Assembly: GCA_050250375.1 (NCBI GenBank) | Contig: JBFWOS010000001.1 | Coordinates: 407,090-471,089, forward strand | DNA from: Candidatus Omnitrophota bacterium | GTDB taxonomy: Bacteria; Omnitrophota; Gorgyraeia; Zapsychrales; Zapsychraceae | Reading direction: 5' to 3' | DNA: 64,000 nucleotides | In this document: in pieces, positions 19,664 through 29,308 of the stretch | How the letters are laid out: every line of letters starts with the position of its first letter | How positions within the stretch are numbered: position 1 is the first letter of the stretch | The notes under the pieces: model-generated | What the model saw: the letters and a program-made list of their open reading frames with translations, nothing else | What the model was told of the DNA's origin: nothing | Databases searched by the model: none | Made by a program: the position numbers and the translations under genes

Positions 19664-21114
19664 CGCAAATATTGCCTTACAACAGTTCTTTCATCAAATT
19701 TAATGGTACGGTCCTTAAATATCTGATAATCTTCATGGCCTTTACCCGCAATCAGCACAACATCCCCTTCATCCGCAATATTTAACGCCTTAATAATGGC
19801 TTGTTCACGATCAACCTCCACAATATAGTTTTCACCTTCCATGCCTTTGATAATTTCGTCAATAATTGCTTTCGGTTCTTCATTCCTGGGGTTATCGCTG
19901 GTCACCACACAATAATCCGCGAGTCGGCTGGCAACAAGCCCCATGGCCGGGCGTTTTGTTCTGTCGCGGTTGCCTCCGCATCCGAATACCAATATAATTC
20001 TTCCCTTGGTTACAGACTTTAACGTGGTCAATACGTTTTCTAAAGCGTCTTGGGTATGCGCATAATCAATGAGGATCGAATAGCCTTGCTGGCAGTCAAT
20101 TCGTTCAAGCCTGCCGGGGACATATTTGAGACTCTCCACTCCCCGCCGTATATTCTCCAGGCTTATTCCTTCTTTTAAACTGACCGCCGCCGCTGCAAGG
20201 ATATTGTATATGTTATACTGCCCCAGCAGACTGGTCCGGATAACAACATCTCCCTGCGAAGTTACGAGTTTAAATTGCGTCTGTTCTATTTCGAGTTTAA
20301 TTTCGCGGGCCATTACATCTGCATTATGACGAATTCCATAAGTCACCCGGGTGCCTGCGGATTGTGAAACTAACTTTTGTCCGAATTCGTCATCAATATT
20401 AATAACAGAACATCCTTCAGGACTAACCATTTTAAACAGTTTGGCTTTGGCATTAAAATATTCCTGTCTTGTTTTGTGATAATCCAAATGATCACTGGTC
20501 AGATTGGTAAAGACCGCTGCTTTGAAATGAATCAAATCAACCCTGTTTTGATCTAACGCGTGCGAAGAGACTTCCATAACGCAATACTCAACACCGTCGC
20601 TAACTAAACCATATAATAACTTCTGATTTTCGAGAAATCCCGGCGTAGTGTTTACGGAAGGTAACATTCTCTCACCGACCCTATAATTCACCGTGCCGAT
20701 AACGCCGCAAGTCTTGTCATCCCCATGCAAAATTGATTCAATCAAATAAGTAATGGTCGTCTTTCCGTTTGTTCCCGTTATTCCGATCACCTTTATTTTC
20801 TCCGAAGGCTGTTGGTAAAACCGTTTTGTAATCAATTTTAAAAATGTGACGGGGTCATCCGTCTGCAGAAAACAAACGCCGGGATATCCTTCTTCAGGAA
20901 AAGGCTTGTCAGCCACAACGACAACGGCACCCTTGGTGATTGCATCATGGATGTATTCATAACCATCAAAACTGCTTCCCTTTAATGCAACAAACAAACT
21001 ATCCTTTTCAACAGATCTTGAATCACAACTTAAGGATTTGATAGGACGATTCCAAGATTTCAGATCTATTTTGCCGTCATAAATATCTGCAAGCAATTCT
21101 TCTAAGGTCATCAT
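19657..21114 (-). CDS. murE: UDP-MurNAc-L-Ala-D-Glu--2,6-diaminopimelate ligase
   Basis: GITGTNGKTTITY…DNPR motifs and dcw order. Confidence 0.9.
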   Translation of the reverse strand: MMTLEELLADIYDGKIDLKSWNRPIKSLSCDSRSVEKDSLFVALKGSSFDGYEYIHDAITKGAVVVVADKPFPEEGYPGVCFLQTDDPVTFLKLITKRFYQQPSEKIKVIGITGTNGKTTITYLIESILHGDDKTCGVIGTVNYRVGERMLPSVNTTPGFLENQKLLYGLVSDGVEYCVMEVSSHALDQNRVDLIHFKAAVFTNLTSDHLDYHKTRQEYFNAKAKLFKMVSPEGCSVINIDDEFGQKLVSQSAGTRVTYGIRHNADVMAREIKLEIEQTQFKLVTSQGDVVIRTSLLGQYNIYNILAAAAVSLKEGISLENIRRGVESLKYVPGRLERIDCQQGYSILIDYAHTQDALENVLTTLKSVTKGRIILVFGCGGNRDRTKRPAMGLVASRLADYCVVTSDNPRNEEPKAIIDEIIKGMEGENYIVEVDREQAIIKALNIADEGDVVLIAGKGHEDYQIFKDRTIKFDERTVVRQYLRC

Positions 21115-22808
21115 AAATTGTTTGGTTTTGATAGTTCTGCTGTTTGTAAATATTTTAATGCGTTCTCCAGGACTTCTTTGGCGACCGGCGCTGCGACGGT
21201 CCCACCGAAATAACTGGGATGTGGTTCATCAACAATAACTACACAGGCGAGCTGAGGATCATCAGCCGGAGCAAATGCAAAAAATGAAGCGACAAATTTA
21301 CTATGCGAATATAACCCATCCACGACTTTTTGTGACGTCCCTGTTTTTCCAGCAACCCGCATTCCGTCAATTTTTGCTTTTTTTGCCGTTCCATTTTCGG
21401 TGACACCAACCAGAATGTCGCGAACCCGGCGGGCCGTATGTTCACTTATGACCCTGTCGATGATCTCAGGCTGCACCGCTTTGATAATTTGATTCTGCTT
21501 ATCTTTGATATATTTTAGGATGTGCGGCCGCATATAATAACCATCATTCGCGATCACCGAAATAGCCCCTATGAGCTGAAGCGGTGTCACCGTAACTTCA
21601 TGGCCAATCGGTATCGCGCCAATTGTTGTTTTAGACCACTCAGAAGGTTTTTTCAGCCAGCCGTCCACTTCGCCTTTCAACTCAATATTGGTCAACAGTC
21701 CAAACCTAAACCGCCGCGCATAATTATAAATCACATCCGGCCCCATTTTCTGAGCTATTTTTGTAACGCCGATATTGCTTGAAACTTCAAAGACCTGTTG
21801 AAACGTAAGCTTGCCATGCGGACGATGATCATGCAGGGTATGGTTGGCCACGCGGTATTCTCCATTTTCACAAAATATTTCGTCTGATTCAACAAAATAG
21901 TCTTCTTCTAAAGCCGCGGCGGCTGCAACAATTTTAAAAACAGAACCGGGTTCCAAAACAAAGCTAACCGCCCGATTAGTACGATTTTCTACATCGCTTT
22001 GGCCTACCAGTTCAAGATTATAGGTCGGCCTGTTCGCGAGGGCTAAAATCTCCCCTGTTTTGGGATTAGAAACAATGATTGTTGCTGACTTAGCGTTGTG
22101 TTGAACAAAGGCTTTTTCAAGGGCCCTCTCTGCGATATACTGAATGGTTTCATCAATTGTCAGCACAACATCCAATCCATCTTGCGGCGATATAAAACTC
22201 TTCTCCAACAAGAGTTCCCGTTGCTTCGCATCTCTGATAAACAACGCCTTACCTGATTTACCTTTGAGAAACCGATCAAAAACTAACTCCACACCTTCTA
22301 ACCCTCTATTGTCTATATCAGCAAAGCCAATGACATGCGCCGCCAATTCACCATTGGGGTAATACCGCTTGCTCTCATCGATAAAAGATAAACCCCTGAT
22401 CCGATATGACTTAATAACATTTGCCAATTCCAAGGGTAATTTTCGTTTAAGCCAGACAAAATATTTTTTTCTATTAAGCCTACTTTCGATAAGCGATTTA
22501 TCAATCCCCAATAAATAGGGTAAGACCTCCAAAGCCTTTTTTTTGTCGTCTTCAGACATCTCATTTGGATTCGCGTATAAAGAATGAACCGAAACATTTA
22601 AGGCTAATGGCCTAGAATTTCTGTCAAAGATAGTCCCTCTGACGGGCTCAAGTTCAATTAATTGATTGTGCTGTTTATTAGCTAAATTGGCTAAATGGTC
22701 GGCTTTAAAAACTTGGATAAGAACTAAATTTACAATAAAAATACAAAGACAAGTTATTAGAAATAAAATGACCAAGCTGAATCTGAGTTCATGTTTTCTG
22801 TTTTGCAC
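21111..22808 (-). CDS. ftsI: Class B penicillin-binding protein (peptidoglycan transpeptidase) FtsI
   Basis: SVFK (SxxK), SSN and KTGT motifs. There is an N-terminal TM helix. Confidence 0.85.
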   Translation of the reverse strand: MQNRKHELRFSLVILFLITCLCIFIVNLVLIQVFKADHLANLANKQHNQLIELEPVRGTIFDRNSRPLALNVSVHSLYANPNEMSEDDKKKALEVLPYLLGIDKSLIESRLNRKKYFVWLKRKLPLELANVIKSYRIRGLSFIDESKRYYPNGELAAHVIGFADIDNRGLEGVELVFDRFLKGKSGKALFIRDAKQRELLLEKSFISPQDGLDVVLTIDETIQYIAERALEKAFVQHNAKSATIIVSNPKTGEILALANRPTYNLELVGQSDVENRTNRAVSFVLEPGSVFKIVAAAAALEEDYFVESDEIFCENGEYRVANHTLHDHRPHGKLTFQQVFEVSSNIGVTKIAQKMGPDVIYNYARRFRFGLLTNIELKGEVDGWLKKPSEWSKTTIGAIPIGHEVTVTPLQLIGAISVIANDGYYMRPHILKYIKDKQNQIIKAVQPEIIDRVISEHTARRVRDILVGVTENGTAKKAKIDGMRVAGKTGTSQKVVDGLYSHSKFVASFFAFAPADDPQLACVVIVDEPHPSYFGGTVAAPVAKEVLENALKYLQTAELSKPNNL

Positions 22809-22839
22809 TGCTGATACATTACCATTTTATTAGGCTGGA

Positions 22840-23223
22840 TTATTCCTTGATTCTTGCTTCAGCGCGCGACGCAAAGGATATAATACTTGTTAAAGGATTC
22901 GCATTGGCTGAAGACAACTGGGTGCTGTTAACATCCTGTTCATCCACCAACTTCTGGGTCGAAGAAATGTGGATGATGTTGTTCGGATTAACAAACTGCA
23001 TCCCGGACTTATCACCCAACATCTCAAATCCCAGATTATTGGCCGATTTTATTCTCAAAATTGCGTATGTTAAATTCTGGTTTTGTTGATTTAATTGATA
23101 AATCATTTTTTCCTTATCTTTACCCAAATAGGCCAAATCAAAAATCTGCATTTGCATATGGATATACGTTAAAGATAAAAGGGTTATTACTCCCATTGTT
23201 TTAATAAAAGTAAATAATTTCAT
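22840..23223 (-). CDS. ftsL: FtsL-like division protein (small bitopic coiled-coil)
   Basis: 127 aa with an N-terminal TM helix and a coiled coil. It lies between rsmH and ftsI. Confidence 0.55.
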   Translation of the reverse strand: MKLFTFIKTMGVITLLSLTYIHMQMQIFDLAYLGKDKEKMIYQLNQQNQNLTYAILRIKSANNLGFEMLGDKSGMQFVNPNNIIHISSTQKLVDEQDVNSTQLSSANANPLTSIISFASRAEARIKE

Positions 23224-24161
23224 CCATTCCTCTCTATGATTCGAAATCTTGCACTGCGGGATCTTGGGTTTATCGATATTTCTTTTTCTGAAGGTCTTAA
23301 CGGTTTCTTAACCAAACAGCGCACTAAATTTGCCTTGGCAAACATTTTAAATTTGTTTTTAACAATCCGATCTTCCAATGAATGAAAGGATATTATCCCT
23401 AATCGCCCTTGAGGCTTTAAAAGTGAAATGCATTTATCAATCGCTATTTCAAGGGTTTCCAGCTCACGGTTCACCGCAATCCTAAAGGCCTGAAATGTCC
23501 GGGTAGCCGGATGGATGCGTTGGGGTTTTCCCTTCATGGGTATAGCTTTTTGAACAATTCTGGATAAATCGTCTGTAAATTCTATCGGATGCTTTGAGCG
23601 TTCAGACACGATCAAACGAGCAATTCGATTTGACCATCTCTCCTCTCCAAAATCCTTGAGAATGATAGCAATCTCCTTTTCTGATAATGAATTGACCAGA
23701 TCATAAGCCGAAATCGGCGCATTCTGATCCATCCTCATATCCAATGGACCGGCTTGTCTAAGACTAAAACCCCTTTCAGGATTATCAAGCTGGTAACTAG
23801 AGATCCCTAAATCGAGAAATATGCCATCGACCTTGTGTATATTCAAATCGTTAAGAACATCATCAATAAAACGAAAATCTTTATGAACAAAATGACACTG
23901 GTGTAAATGCGCCCCCAAAGAAATAGTGGCTTTCTTCAATGATTCTTCATCCCTATCCAACCCAATTAACAAGCCTTTGGAACCAATCCGTTGTAAAAAT
24001 CTTAACGCATGCCCCCCCATACCTAAGGTGCCATCGACGAATACCTCATTCGATTTCGGATCCATAAAATCCAGCACTTCATCAGGCATAACCGGAAGAT
24101 GGTCATGCGGGCTTTGGTCAAAAATGTTCTGAGTTTCGGTCATCATTAACGATTTGATCAT
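23220..24161 (-). CDS. rsmH: 16S rRNA (cytosine1402-N4)-methyltransferase RsmH/MraW
   Basis: VDGTLGMGGH…DLGISSYQLD…SFHSLEDRIVK signature. Confidence 0.9.
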   Translation of the reverse strand: MIKSLMMTETQNIFDQSPHDHLPVMPDEVLDFMDPKSNEVFVDGTLGMGGHALRFLQRIGSKGLLIGLDRDEESLKKATISLGAHLHQCHFVHKDFRFIDDVLNDLNIHKVDGIFLDLGISSYQLDNPERGFSLRQAGPLDMRMDQNAPISAYDLVNSLSEKEIAIILKDFGEERWSNRIARLIVSERSKHPIEFTDDLSRIVQKAIPMKGKPQRIHPATRTFQAFRIAVNRELETLEIAIDKCISLLKPQGRLGIISFHSLEDRIVKNKFKMFAKANLVRCLVKKPLRPSEKEISINPRSRSARFRIIERNG

Positions 24162-24178
24162 TTAGATCCCACTCCCCT

Positions 24179-24442
24179 TTACGCTGAAAAACAGGGAACT
24201 TTTTGCTCATGGACTGCTCGACTAAAACGATCCATTACAAGTTGGTATTGCGGTTTATCCTTCAATTCATCCCACGTGTCTTTTGATCCGTTGCGTATGT
24301 AAATTCGATCCCGCTGCCTAAAAACTAGAAAAAGTCTTGTTCGACCCGTAGCCGTCTCCACCGTGGAACAAAAAATGCAGTCACAATTTGGTAAATCAAT
24401 GAGATGCTGAAATACAATACTTGCTGCGTCAAATTGCTCCAT
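24179..24442 (-). CDS. Small Cys-containing hypothetical protein inserted between mraZ and rsmH
   Basis: 87-aa ORF that fills the only sizeable gap in the operon. A G-rich SD (AGGGGGG) lies 4 nt upstream of the ATG. It contains CDCIFC. Confidence 0.4.
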   Translation of the reverse strand: MEQFDAASIVFQHLIDLPNCDCIFCSTVETATGRTRLFLVFRQRDRIYIRNGSKDTWDELKDKPQYQLVMDRFSRAVHEQKVPCFSA

Positions 24443-24487
24443 TGTACCCCCCTAATTTTGATGGTGAATACAAACTTGTGGTCTAGG

Positions 24488-24925
24488 CTAAATATCCAAC
24501 AAGTTTTCAGAAATCTCTTCAAACGTACCGCTGGAACCTGAATAGTATGTTTCCCAGCTTTTTTTGTCCCAAATTTCAATACGGTTGGAAACCCCAATCA
24601 AAATGGTTTCACGCTTAATAACGGCATAATCTTTAAGATAATTCGGTATGATAAACCGCCCTTGTTTATCGGGAGTGACATCAATAGCCCCCGCAAAAAA
24701 CATCCGGTTAAAACTCCGCGTTTCTTTTCGAGTAAACGGCATATTCTTGAATTTTTGTTCTTGTGCCCGCCATTCGTCTTCAGCAAACATAAATATGCAT
24801 TTATCAAGCCCGCGTGTAAGGAAAAACCGTTCTATTGAATACTCCTTGCAGGTTTCTCGGAACTTCGCCGGCAGTATCAACCTTCCCTTACGATCTAAAT
24901 TATGTAGAAATTCACCATAGAACAT
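24488..24925 (-). CDS. mraZ: Transcriptional regulator MraZ
   Basis: MFYGEFLHNLDRKGRLILPAKFR…DKQGRFIIP duplicated MraZ repeats. Confidence 0.9.
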   Translation of the reverse strand: MFYGEFLHNLDRKGRLILPAKFRETCKEYSIERFFLTRGLDKCIFMFAEDEWRAQEQKFKNMPFTRKETRSFNRMFFAGAIDVTPDKQGRFIIPNYLKDYAVIKRETILIGVSNRIEIWDKKSWETYYSGSSGTFEEISENLLDI

Positions 24926-24940
24926 GTTTCAACCTATTAT

Positions 24941-25003
24941 CCACATCACTCCACTTTCCTCCACTATGTTGAACATTTTAACTACACAAATGGGCCATGT
25001 CAA
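24941..25003 (-). promoter_or_regulatory. Pmra-like promoter (TTGACA-17-TAAAAT) followed by three GTGG direct repeats at 10-bp spacing (MraZ-box-like operator)
   Basis: Minus strand reads TTGACATGGCCCATTTGTGTAGTTAAAAT. Then AGTGGAG / AAAGTGGAG / TGATGTGGAT follow, with CCAC at + 24941, 24951 and 24961. Confidence 0.45.
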
Positions 25004-25182
25004 TCGAAAAATACCACATTTTTAACGTAAACCAATAAAATACAATAATTTGTACTCAAAACAAGCTTGCATACAATATTTAGTTGTTTTTTTGACTAAA
25101 TTACACGCTGTAAAGCTTGGCTTGTAACGAAATAGTTAAACTTTCATCTTTTTGATTAATCTAACGCAGGTTAACAATAGGA

Positions 25183-26115
25183 TTAAAATTTGGAAAGAAT
25201 TTGTTCGGAAAGGATTGCATCTTTTTCTAAGCGGGCGATTAAAAGATTTTTATCACGAAACATTTCTTCTTCACGAATTTTCTCAATAAATTCGACTAAA
25301 ACTTCCTTTTGATATATATACTGACTGAAATTAAATATATGGACTTCTAATGTGATAGGACTGGTGACGCTTTTAAAGGATGGACGACGACCAACGTTGG
25401 CCATCGCCTTAAATTGTTGCCCGTCAATCTTTACTAAAGCCGCGTATACACCAACAGGGGGAAGCACTTCGCCATTCAATGTTATGTTTGCCGTCGGGAA
25501 ACCCAATCCACTCCCTCTTCCGTCTCCTTTACAAACCTTGCCAAGAATGGAGACAAAACGCCCCAAATGTCGGGCTGCTTCAGCAATTTGTCCCGCCGCT
25601 ATTAATTTTCTGATGCTGGTGCTTCCGATCTTTCCATCCTCGCTGTTGACCGGTTTCATGGGGGAAACCACAAATCCATATTTCAAACCCGCCTCTCTAA
25701 ACGTGTCGATAGTTCCTTTGCGGTCACGTCCGAAACGAAACTCCTCACCGACGAGAATCTCCTCAGGACGTATGCGATCCACCAGATATCGCTTGATAAA
25801 ATTTTCAGGTGTAAGATTTGCAAAACGGCTTGTAAAATGGACGACAACACAGACCGACACCCCTAAACTTTCGATCAATCTCAATCGATGCGGGATCGTT
25901 ATGATGTACGGCATATAAATTTCAGGCTTGAGTACTTTTACAGGGTGCGGGACAAATGTCATGACGATCGCCTGGCCATTTTTTAATTGGGCCTTCTTTA
26001 CAGTTTTTGTAATCAGCTCCTGATGACCCAAATGCACCCCATCAAATACTCCAATGGCGAGAACGGATTTCTTGTAACTTTTCTTAACCTTCCCAATTCC
26101 GTATATGACCTTCAT
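25183..26115 (-). CDS. ribF: Bifunctional riboflavin kinase / FMN adenylyltransferase
   Basis: AIGVFDGVHLGHQ…FGRDRKG…GFPTANI signature. Confidence 0.9.
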   Translation of the reverse strand: MKVIYGIGKVKKSYKKSVLAIGVFDGVHLGHQELITKTVKKAQLKNGQAIVMTFVPHPVKVLKPEIYMPYIITIPHRLRLIESLGVSVCVVVHFTSRFANLTPENFIKRYLVDRIRPEEILVGEEFRFGRDRKGTIDTFREAGLKYGFVVSPMKPVNSEDGKIGSTSIRKLIAAGQIAEAARHLGRFVSILGKVCKGDGRGSGLGFPTANITLNGEVLPPVGVYAALVKIDGQQFKAMANVGRRPSFKSVTSPITLEVHIFNFSQYIYQKEVLVEFIEKIREEEMFRDKNLLIARLEKDAILSEQILSKF

Positions 26116-26749
26116 TCAAATCCTCAATCATTACTGCCTCTTCTAATTTAAATTTTCCTACTTTTGTCCTCTGAATTTGAGATATACATGCTCCGCAGCC
26201 GAGTAAATCGCCTATATCTGCCGCTAATTGCCGAATGTATGTGCCTTTAGAACAGTCCACATAAATCTTTATATAGGGGAGATTGATATCTTCAACTTTT
26301 ATACAATCAATCCTCACAGTTCTTGGCTTTCGTTCAATGACAATTCCTTGACGCGCCAATTCATACAACCTCTGCCCATTATGTTTCACCGCCGAAACCA
26401 TGGGGGGAACTTGTTCAAATTCTCCCTGAAAACTTGAGACTGCTTTTAAGATTTGTTCATTCGTCACATGCTTAAATGGATTTTGTGCAATGATTTTTCC
26501 CTGGATGTCGGCCGAATCGGTCACGGTACCCAACATCACTGTCGCACGATAACTTTTATCGAACGTTATAAATTGGCTCGATAACTTTGTGGATTTTCCC
26601 AATAAGACAACCAAAACTCCGGTTGCCAATGGATCAAGCGTCCCGGCATGACCAACTTTCTTCATCTTAAATCTTCGCCTTACCCTAAAAACCACATCAT
26701 GGGAAGTGATCCCCTGAGGCTTGTTAACAATGAGAATCCCTTCGATCAT
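26084..26749 (-). CDS. truB: tRNA pseudouridine55 synthase
   Basis: GILIVNKPQGITSHDVV…GHAGTLDPLATGVL. Confidence 0.9.
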   Translation of the reverse strand: MIEGILIVNKPQGITSHDVVFRVRRRFKMKKVGHAGTLDPLATGVLVVLLGKSTKLSSQFITFDKSYRATVMLGTVTDSADIQGKIIAQNPFKHVTNEQILKAVSSFQGEFEQVPPMVSAVKHNGQRLYELARQGIVIERKPRTVRIDCIKVEDINLPYIKIYVDCSKGTYIRQLAADIGDLLGCGACISQIQRTKVGKFKLEEAVMIEDLNEGHIRNWEG

Positions 26750-27708
26750 AATGCCTTACTCAGCTCTTTTAAAATAATTGCCTTTGCCTCGGACATCTTC
26801 TTCTTAACGACACATCCACTAGCCCGTTTGTGTCCTCCTCCGTCAAACCTATGCGCAATTGTAGCGACATCCACAAAACTTGTTGAACGAAAATTAACTC
26901 TTATTTCCTTCCTTTTGATTTCAGTAAGAATAAAGATTACTTCAACCCCCAATATTGATCTCAAGAATTTGAAGATCGCATCCCTCAAATCAAAATCTTC
27001 TGAAATCTTTTCAATCCACTTCCTCTTTAATTCTACACAAATGATTCGGCCTTGACTGTAAGTTTCAAAACTATCAAGAATTTGAGTGAATACTTTCAAA
27101 TCATGCTGTGGAATCGTCTCGTAGATCTTATGATATAATTCATTAACATTAATGTTATACTTCAAAAGTTCAGCCACCGCAGAGTGAGTGTTCGAAGAAG
27201 TATTTTCATAACGAAACGAACCAGTATCAGTCATCATCCCGCAGTAGAGATTTGTTGCCAAACTTTTGTTCAGATTGCATCTCACATATTTTAGAAAATC
27301 AAAAATTACCTCAGCCGTAGAAGACGCCTCAATATCAATCAGATTGATAGTTCCAAAACGATCATTTGTAACATGATGATCGATATTAACCATAATTCTT
27401 TCCGGATTCAATACGCCCTTTACTTTTCCGATTCGGCCTAAATCACCGCAATCCAGGATAAAAGCCACATCATAAGGAACAGTTTTTACCGTCTTTAAAC
27501 TCTTGATAGATTTGGAACCTGGAAAAAACTCAAATCGTTTGGCCAAAACACCCTCATTAACAATGTGTACTTTTTTCCCCAGTGATCGAAGGTACTCCGA
27601 CAAAGCCAGCTCAGAACATAATGCATCCGGATCAGGGTTAACATGTGTCGAGATTAAAAATATCCGGTTTTTCTTAATTACATCACTAATCTCTTTCTTG
27701 ATCATCAT
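26746..27708 (-). CDS. nrnA: DHH-family phosphoesterase (NrnA-like oligoribonuclease/pAp phosphatase)
   Basis: HVNPDPDALCS…DCGD…DHH motifs and a DHHA1-like C-terminus. Confidence 0.8.
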   Translation of the reverse strand: MMIKKEISDVIKKNRIFLISTHVNPDPDALCSELALSEYLRSLGKKVHIVNEGVLAKRFEFFPGSKSIKSLKTVKTVPYDVAFILDCGDLGRIGKVKGVLNPERIMVNIDHHVTNDRFGTINLIDIEASSTAEVIFDFLKYVRCNLNKSLATNLYCGMMTDTGSFRYENTSSNTHSAVAELLKYNINVNELYHKIYETIPQHDLKVFTQILDSFETYSQGRIICVELKRKWIEKISEDFDLRDAIFKFLRSILGVEVIFILTEIKRKEIRVNFRSTSFVDVATIAHRFDGGGHKRASGCVVKKKMSEAKAIILKELSKAL

Positions 27709-28036
27709 TGATTTCCTTTATGGTTTCTTCAATCTTTGCGTTAATGCTAACCGACTGATCATAAATAAAATGAATTTCAGGAGTATGCCTGATTTGTACA
27801 CGCTGGCTAACCATATGCCTGATTAATCCGCGGGCATTATTTAGCACCAAACCCGCATCTTTTATATTGTTAGCATCCCCCAGCACACTAAAATAAACCT
27901 TGGCATTCTTTAAATCTGGACTGACATCAACATGAGTAACGGTAATCAATGACATCCGGGGGTCCCCTAGCTCCTGATGAATAATCGTACTTATTTCCCG
28001 TCTCATCTGATTATTGACTTTCTCCATCCTTCCCAT
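27686..28036 (-). CDS. rbfA: Ribosome-binding factor A
   Basis: RMEKVNNQMRREISTII…LITVTHVDVSPDLKNAKVYFSV. Confidence 0.85.
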   Translation of the reverse strand: MGRMEKVNNQMRREISTIIHQELGDPRMSLITVTHVDVSPDLKNAKVYFSVLGDANNIKDAGLVLNNARGLIRHMVSQRVQIRHTPEIHFIYDQSVSINAKIEETIKEINDDQERD

Positions 28037-28048
28037 ATCAATCTCTCC

Positions 28049-29305
28049 TTAATTGCTTTCAATTAAAAACTTTGCCACACCTATCTCTTGCTTGCGGGTT
28101 TTGATACTCCGGTCAATCTTTTGAAGAAAAATTGTATTCATAATTTCTCCAATCTGCCGGCCGGATCGAGCCCCCATCTTTTTGATATCTTCGCCTTTAA
28201 TGCTAAGCCGAACATCCCGATCACATAAAAACTGTTTCAATCTTACTCGGATATTCTCTTTTGACGATCGACACCAAATATAGCAGAGCACTTCTTCTGT
28301 CAATCCACTCAACAATTGGAAATTTTCTGAGGGCTTTCTTGAGTCATTCGTCAATTTCTTTAAAATTAATGACGTATCATTGATTTGCAACAAACTCTTT
28401 CTCTTTTCTTTTCCAAGATTAAAACGAATTCCTATGCTATCGAGAACCCCCTGCTCATTACCTTCCAGCATACCCATGAAACATAAAAACCAGATAGACG
28501 CCCCTAATTTTTTAATCCTAGACTTTTCCTCGGCCACATTGCGCTGAATCAGTCGAAGCACAGGTAAGTTAATATCCAATTCTTCATTAACGGACAACAA
28601 AATGTTCAATTCGTCCAGCCGTTTAACAATAGGACACACATCTCCCTCATTTAATATTTTCTTTAATTCATTGAGAAACCGGTCCTTTGAAATTTCGTTA
28701 AATATATTTAATTTCAAAGCCTTCTTTAAAAGTGTCAGTGTTTTCCGCTCGATACTGAACCCCAACCGTTGCTCATACCTCACCGCTCTAAGGATACGCG
28801 TTGGATCGTCCAAGAAACTTTTCTCATGGAGAACCCTGATTTTCCGCTTCTTCAAATCTTCATATCCGTTAAATAAATCAATCAACTCACCTTTACCTGA
28901 GTTGTTAATATTCAGAGCCATCGCATTAATCGAGAAGTCCCGGCGGAACAAATCATCCTTCAAACTTCCACGACTTATAATGGGAAGCGCCCCCTTTTTC
29001 CGGTAATACTCTTTACGGGAACTGGCAAAATCAATGCGTTGACCCGACTTTAAAAACAACGTTGCTGTTTTAAATTCAGGATATGCGACTAACCGAAGCC
29101 TCTCTTTCTTAGCGAATTCTTTGGCAAAAACGATCGCATCTGACTCTACCACAATATCCAAATCGCAATTCATCTTTTTTAAAATTGTATCTCTAACTAT
29201 TCCTCCCGCCAGATAAATACCGATGCCTTGCGATGCCGCCTCGCGAACAATTCTATTTAGAATCGTTGCTGTTTGACGATTCAACTTAGGTAAAGACAAA
29301 AACAT
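28049..29305 (-). CDS. CCA-adding tRNA nucleotidyltransferase / poly(A) polymerase family protein
   Basis: GIYLAGGIVRDTIL…DLDIVV head-domain motifs. Confidence 0.75.
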   Translation of the reverse strand: MFLSLPKLNRQTATILNRIVREAASQGIGIYLAGGIVRDTILKKMNCDLDIVVESDAIVFAKEFAKKERLRLVAYPEFKTATLFLKSGQRIDFASSRKEYYRKKGALPIISRGSLKDDLFRRDFSINAMALNINNSGKGELIDLFNGYEDLKKRKIRVLHEKSFLDDPTRILRAVRYEQRLGFSIERKTLTLLKKALKLNIFNEISKDRFLNELKKILNEGDVCPIVKRLDELNILLSVNEELDINLPVLRLIQRNVAEEKSRIKKLGASIWFLCFMGMLEGNEQGVLDSIGIRFNLGKEKRKSLLQINDTSLILKKLTNDSRKPSENFQLLSGLTEEVLCYIWCRSSKENIRVRLKQFLCDRDVRLSIKGEDIKKMGARSGRQIGEIMNTIFLQKIDRSIKTRKQEIGVAKFLIESN

Positions 29306-29308
29306 AAT

